From positions 359 through 64,358 of the forward strand of contig SBGO01000334.1 in NCBI GenBank assembly GCA_006226565.1: 64,000 nt of DNA, written 5' to 3'. A program made the position numbers and the translations under genes. Of the stretch, positions 61,685-64,000 are shown in pieces; the stretch's first letter is position 1; the number at the start of each line of letters is the position of its first letter. Under the pieces are notes generated by a model, which made no database searches, was not told where the DNA came from, and was given only the letters and a program-made list of their open reading frames with translations. This stretch comes from Deltaproteobacteria bacterium. Its GTDB lineage: Bacteria; Myxococcota_A; UBA9042; PHBI01.

Positions 61685-64000
61685 TCACGGCAGACGCTGC
61701 ACGCGCTCGACCGTCAGCGGCTCGTTGGCGACGCTCCCGGCCTCGCCGAAGCCGACCACGACCTTGTCGTCGTCGGTGATCGTGACCGACGCCGCGACGT
61801 CCGCCCACGGTCCCACCGGCGACCAGCTCGACTGCTGGATGGCCAGCGTGCCGTTCACCCGCGTCACCTTGAACCAGCGCTTGTCGGCGCCCGTCACCGG
61901 GGTCGGGTAGGTCCCGCGGAAGGTGCCCACGTAGCCGTCGGGGAAGCCCGTCGTCGTCAGCGTGCCCCAGTACGGTCCGCTGGCGTTGCTCGAGTAGCCG
62001 GTCAGGTCCCCGTGGGCGACCGTCGGCCCGTACAGCACGCCGAAGCCACGGTAGTCGTGGTTCCAGCGCGCCACGGCGATGAAGTCCTCGCCGCCGGCGA
62101 AGGTGCGGGCGAGGACCGCGCTGCTGTACGCGGGCGCCGTCGCGTCCTCGGGCGCCCACGAGCGCCCGCCGTTGGACAGGACGCCCTGCCCCGTGAAGAA
62201 GCCGGTCGTCACGTCGGACTGCACCGCCCCGAGGACCGGCGTCCCGCTCAGCTCGCGGCTGAACGACACGATGCTCAGCGGCGTCGCCTCGCCCGCCGAG
62301 TCGTTCCGGGCGGCGTGCCCCCAGCCGACGACGACCTGGTCGGTCGGCGCGATGTCCGCGTCCGCGACCATGTTCCACCACGGCCCGCGCGGGCTGTTGT
62401 ACGAGTAGCGCAGCGACAGCCGATCGAAGGCCCGCGCGTGGCGGAACCACCAGTTCGTCGTCGCCGTCGAGTTCGAGTCGTAGGGCGCCGGGTAGAGCCC
62501 GTAGAACGCCGCGTCGTAGCCCTTCGGGAAGCCGGTGTTGTCCACCGTGCCGAAGTATGGCCCGTACGCGTTGGCCGAGTAGCCGTCGTAGGCCGTGTGA
62601 TGGACCGTCGGCCCGTAGATGTAGCCGACGCCGCGGTACTTGTGGCCCCAGAGCGTGATGACGTCGAAGTCCTCGCCGGCCGCGAAGGTGCGCTGCAGCG
62701 TCGTGCTCTGATAGATGTTCTTCGGCTGGGCGTCGTCCCAGACGCGGCCCTCGGCGAGCAGGAGCCCGGTGTTCTCCGCGAACCCCGTGGTCCAGTCCAC
62801 GTACTGCCCCGGGAGGTCGTCGCAGACGTTGCCGCGCCCGTCGGTGTCGAAGTCGGCCTGGTTGGCGTTGGCCGTGACCGGGCAGTTGTCGGCCCAGTTG
62901 TAGACGCCGTCCCCGTCGAGGTCGAGGCGGTCCTGCGCCCAGATGAGGCGCCCGGAGCCCGCGCGCCCCGAGCAGCGGCAGCGGCAGGCGTTCTGCCGAC
63001 CGCCGCCCCCGACGTCGAAGGGACCGGCGCCGGCGCGGCTCCGACCGTCGTTGCGCGCGGTGGTACCGACGAGCTCGCCGAGGCGCCAGTAGCCGCTGGG
63101 CGTGCGCGCCGTGACCAGGGTCGCGTAGGGCTGCCCGGCCAGCTTGCCCTGGCGCGCGACGTCGTACAGGAGCCGGATGGTCTCGTCGGACAGCGTGTGA
63201 TGGAAGGTCGCGACCTCGTCGATCTCGCCCTCGAAGAAGCCCGCCGCGGGCGCGGGCGTCGCGGCCTTCGCGCCGATCGCGACCGCGCCCACCGGGACGT
63301 AGCCGGGGTCGGCGTCGGTCGGCTGCTCGCTGCTCGTCGTCTGGCTCCACGTGTAGAAGGCGCCGTCGACGTACAGGTAGAAGACGTTGGCGACCTTCGT
63401 CGCGACGACCTGGTGCCACTGTCCGTCGTTGAGCGGGACCGCCGCGTTCGAGCTGAGGGTCTTGCGCGTGCCCGCCGCGTTCTGGACGTTGAGCGTGACG
63501 CGGCCGGCGCCGCCGAGGGTCGCGTTCAGGATCAGTGCGATCTCGCCGGTCGAGCCGTCGCCCGGGTTCTCGGAGTAGAGGTAGCTGTCGGTGACCGCGG
63601 TCTCGGTGCGGAACCACAGCGAGACGCTCCAGACCCCGTAGTTGTTGTTCAGGTTCGAGCGCGCGGCGAGCTGCACCCCTTGCCCCACGCCGTCGAGCTG
63701 CACGGCGCCGTCTGCGTCCCCGGCGAGCGCGCCGCTCACGACCAGCGGATCGCCGAGGTAGTCGCCGTCGAGGACCGCCGCCGGGGTCGGGGGCACGTCG
63801 AGGACCAGCGTCCCGCCCGCTCCGGCGCCGCCGCCGCCCTCCTCGGTGCCGGTGCTGCCCGGCGTGCAGCCGCCGTTGGTGGCGTAGTTGCCGCGCACGC
63901 TGATGAGGCCCTGGTTCGAGAGCGTCGCCGCGCGCAGGTAGATGACGCCGCCGCCCGCGCCGCCAGCGCCGCCGCTCGAGGCGTCGCCGCCGACCCCCGA
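61685..64000 (-). CDS. large secreted protein with a LamG/concanavalin-like domain, a thrombospondin type-3 Ca-binding repeat, and two tandem about 150-aa repeat modules; N-terminus lies beyond the window end
   Basis: ORF 61685..63898, with the frame still open at 64000. SLWFRTE...VANVFYLYVDGAF is LamG-like. DLDGDGVYNWADNCPVTANANQADFDTDGRGNVCDD is a TSP3 repeat. RTFAAGEDFDVITLWGHKYRGVGYIYGPTVHHTAYDGYS and RTFAGGEDFIAVARWNHDYRGFGVLYGPTVAHGDLTGYS mark the internal duplication. Confidence 0.65.
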   Translation of the reverse strand, partial: SGVGGDASSGGAGGAGGGVIYLRAATLSNQGLISVRGNYATNGGCTPGSTGTEEGGGGAGAGGTLVLDVPPTPAAVLDGDYLGDPLVVSGALAGDADGAVQLDGVGQGVQLAARSNLNNNYGVWSVSLWFRTETAVTDSYLYSENPGDGSTGEIALILNATLGGAGRVTLNVQNAAGTRKTLSSNAAVPLNDGQWHQVVATKVANVFYLYVDGAFYTWSQTTSSEQPTDADPGYVPVGAVAIGAKAATPAPAAGFFEGEIDEVATFHHTLSDETIRLLYDVARQGKLAGQPYATLVTARTPSGYWRLGELVGTTARNDGRSRAGAGPFDVGGGGRQNACRCRCSGRAGSGRLIWAQDRLDLDGDGVYNWADNCPVTANANQADFDTDGRGNVCDDLPGQYVDWTTGFAENTGLLLAEGRVWDDAQPKNIYQSTTLQRTFAAGEDFDVITLWGHKYRGVGYIYGPTVHHTAYDGYSANAYGPYFGTVDNTGFPKGYDAAFYGLYPAPYDSNSTATTNWWFRHARAFDRLSLRYSYNSPRGPWWNMVADADIAPTDQVVVGWGHAARNDSAGEATPLSIVSFSRELSGTPVLGAVQSDVTTGFFTGQGVLSNGGRSWAPEDATAPAYSSAVLARTFAGGEDFIAVARWNHDYRGFGVLYGPTVAHGDLTGYSSNASGPYWGTLTTTGFPDGYVGTFRGTYPTPVTGADKRWFKVTRVNGTLAIQQSSWSPVGPWADVAASVTITDDDKVVVGFGEAGSVANEPLTVERVQRLP

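Overview
The window is 64 kb of very GC-rich DNA (about 70% GC). Its coding style (frequent 1-4 nt gene overlaps, many Ser/Thr-kinase and sigma54-type regulators, secreted LamG/thrombospondin proteins) suggests a myxobacterial or similar deltaproteobacterial chromosome; that lineage call is inference only. Calls are anchored on motifs I could read directly, not on database hits. In this GC range nearly every gene carries a long Arg/Gly/Ala-rich ORF on the opposite strand; these are not real genes.

Gene content, left to right:
- 1-2.7 kb: sbcC-like ATPase (runs off the window start) and sbcD nuclease, minus strand.
- 3.1-4.0 kb: an intact Fic gene. A decayed copy of its 5' end sits at 30.4 kb.
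- 4.0-5.1 kb: a histidine phosphatase and a small hypothetical gene.
- 5.5-10.2 kb: a 1561-aa single-chain Type IIG (MmeI-like) restriction-modification enzyme. A 21-bp x3.5 tandem repeat lies upstream of it.
- 10.8-14.7 kb: a hypothetical gene, a DUF222/HNH endonuclease carrying in-frame 21/24-nt tandem repeats, and a low-GC orphan ORF.
- 14.8-24.3 kb: a recC-recB-recD operon, minus strand.
- 24.6-30.3 kb: a five-gene operon: tandem-AAA ATPase, SWIM zinc finger, MoxR AAA ATPase, vWA/HExxH (DUF2201-like) protein, small protein. Its first and last genes are preceded by the same 15-nt motif.
- 30.7-34.7 kb: two hypothetical genes on the minus strand.
- 58.5-64 kb: a membrane protein, fadH, an outer-membrane protein, a Cys-rich lipoprotein, and a LamG/TSP3 secreted protein that runs off the window end.

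The most interesting part is 34.8-57.5 kb. An RtcR-like regulator (CARF-like N-terminus fused to a sigma54 AAA+ core) sits next to a sigma54 -24/-12 promoter. That promoter heads a 15.6-kb operon of translationally coupled genes: DUF4258-like, vWA, PP2C phosphatase, Ser/Thr kinase, SF1 Upf1-like helicase, a hypothetical, a McrB-like GTPase with a coiled coil, a Cys-rich partner, and a PLD-SF2 helicase-DUF3427 fusion. A second operon converges on it from the right. It also has a sigma54-like promoter and encodes a hypothetical protein plus a 1455-aa HIT-PLD-SF2 helicase with an embedded LexA-type S24 autopeptidase domain. No rtcB or rtcA is present. This looks like a ligand- or stress-gated, sigma54-driven conflict or defence system that is not one of the named ones.
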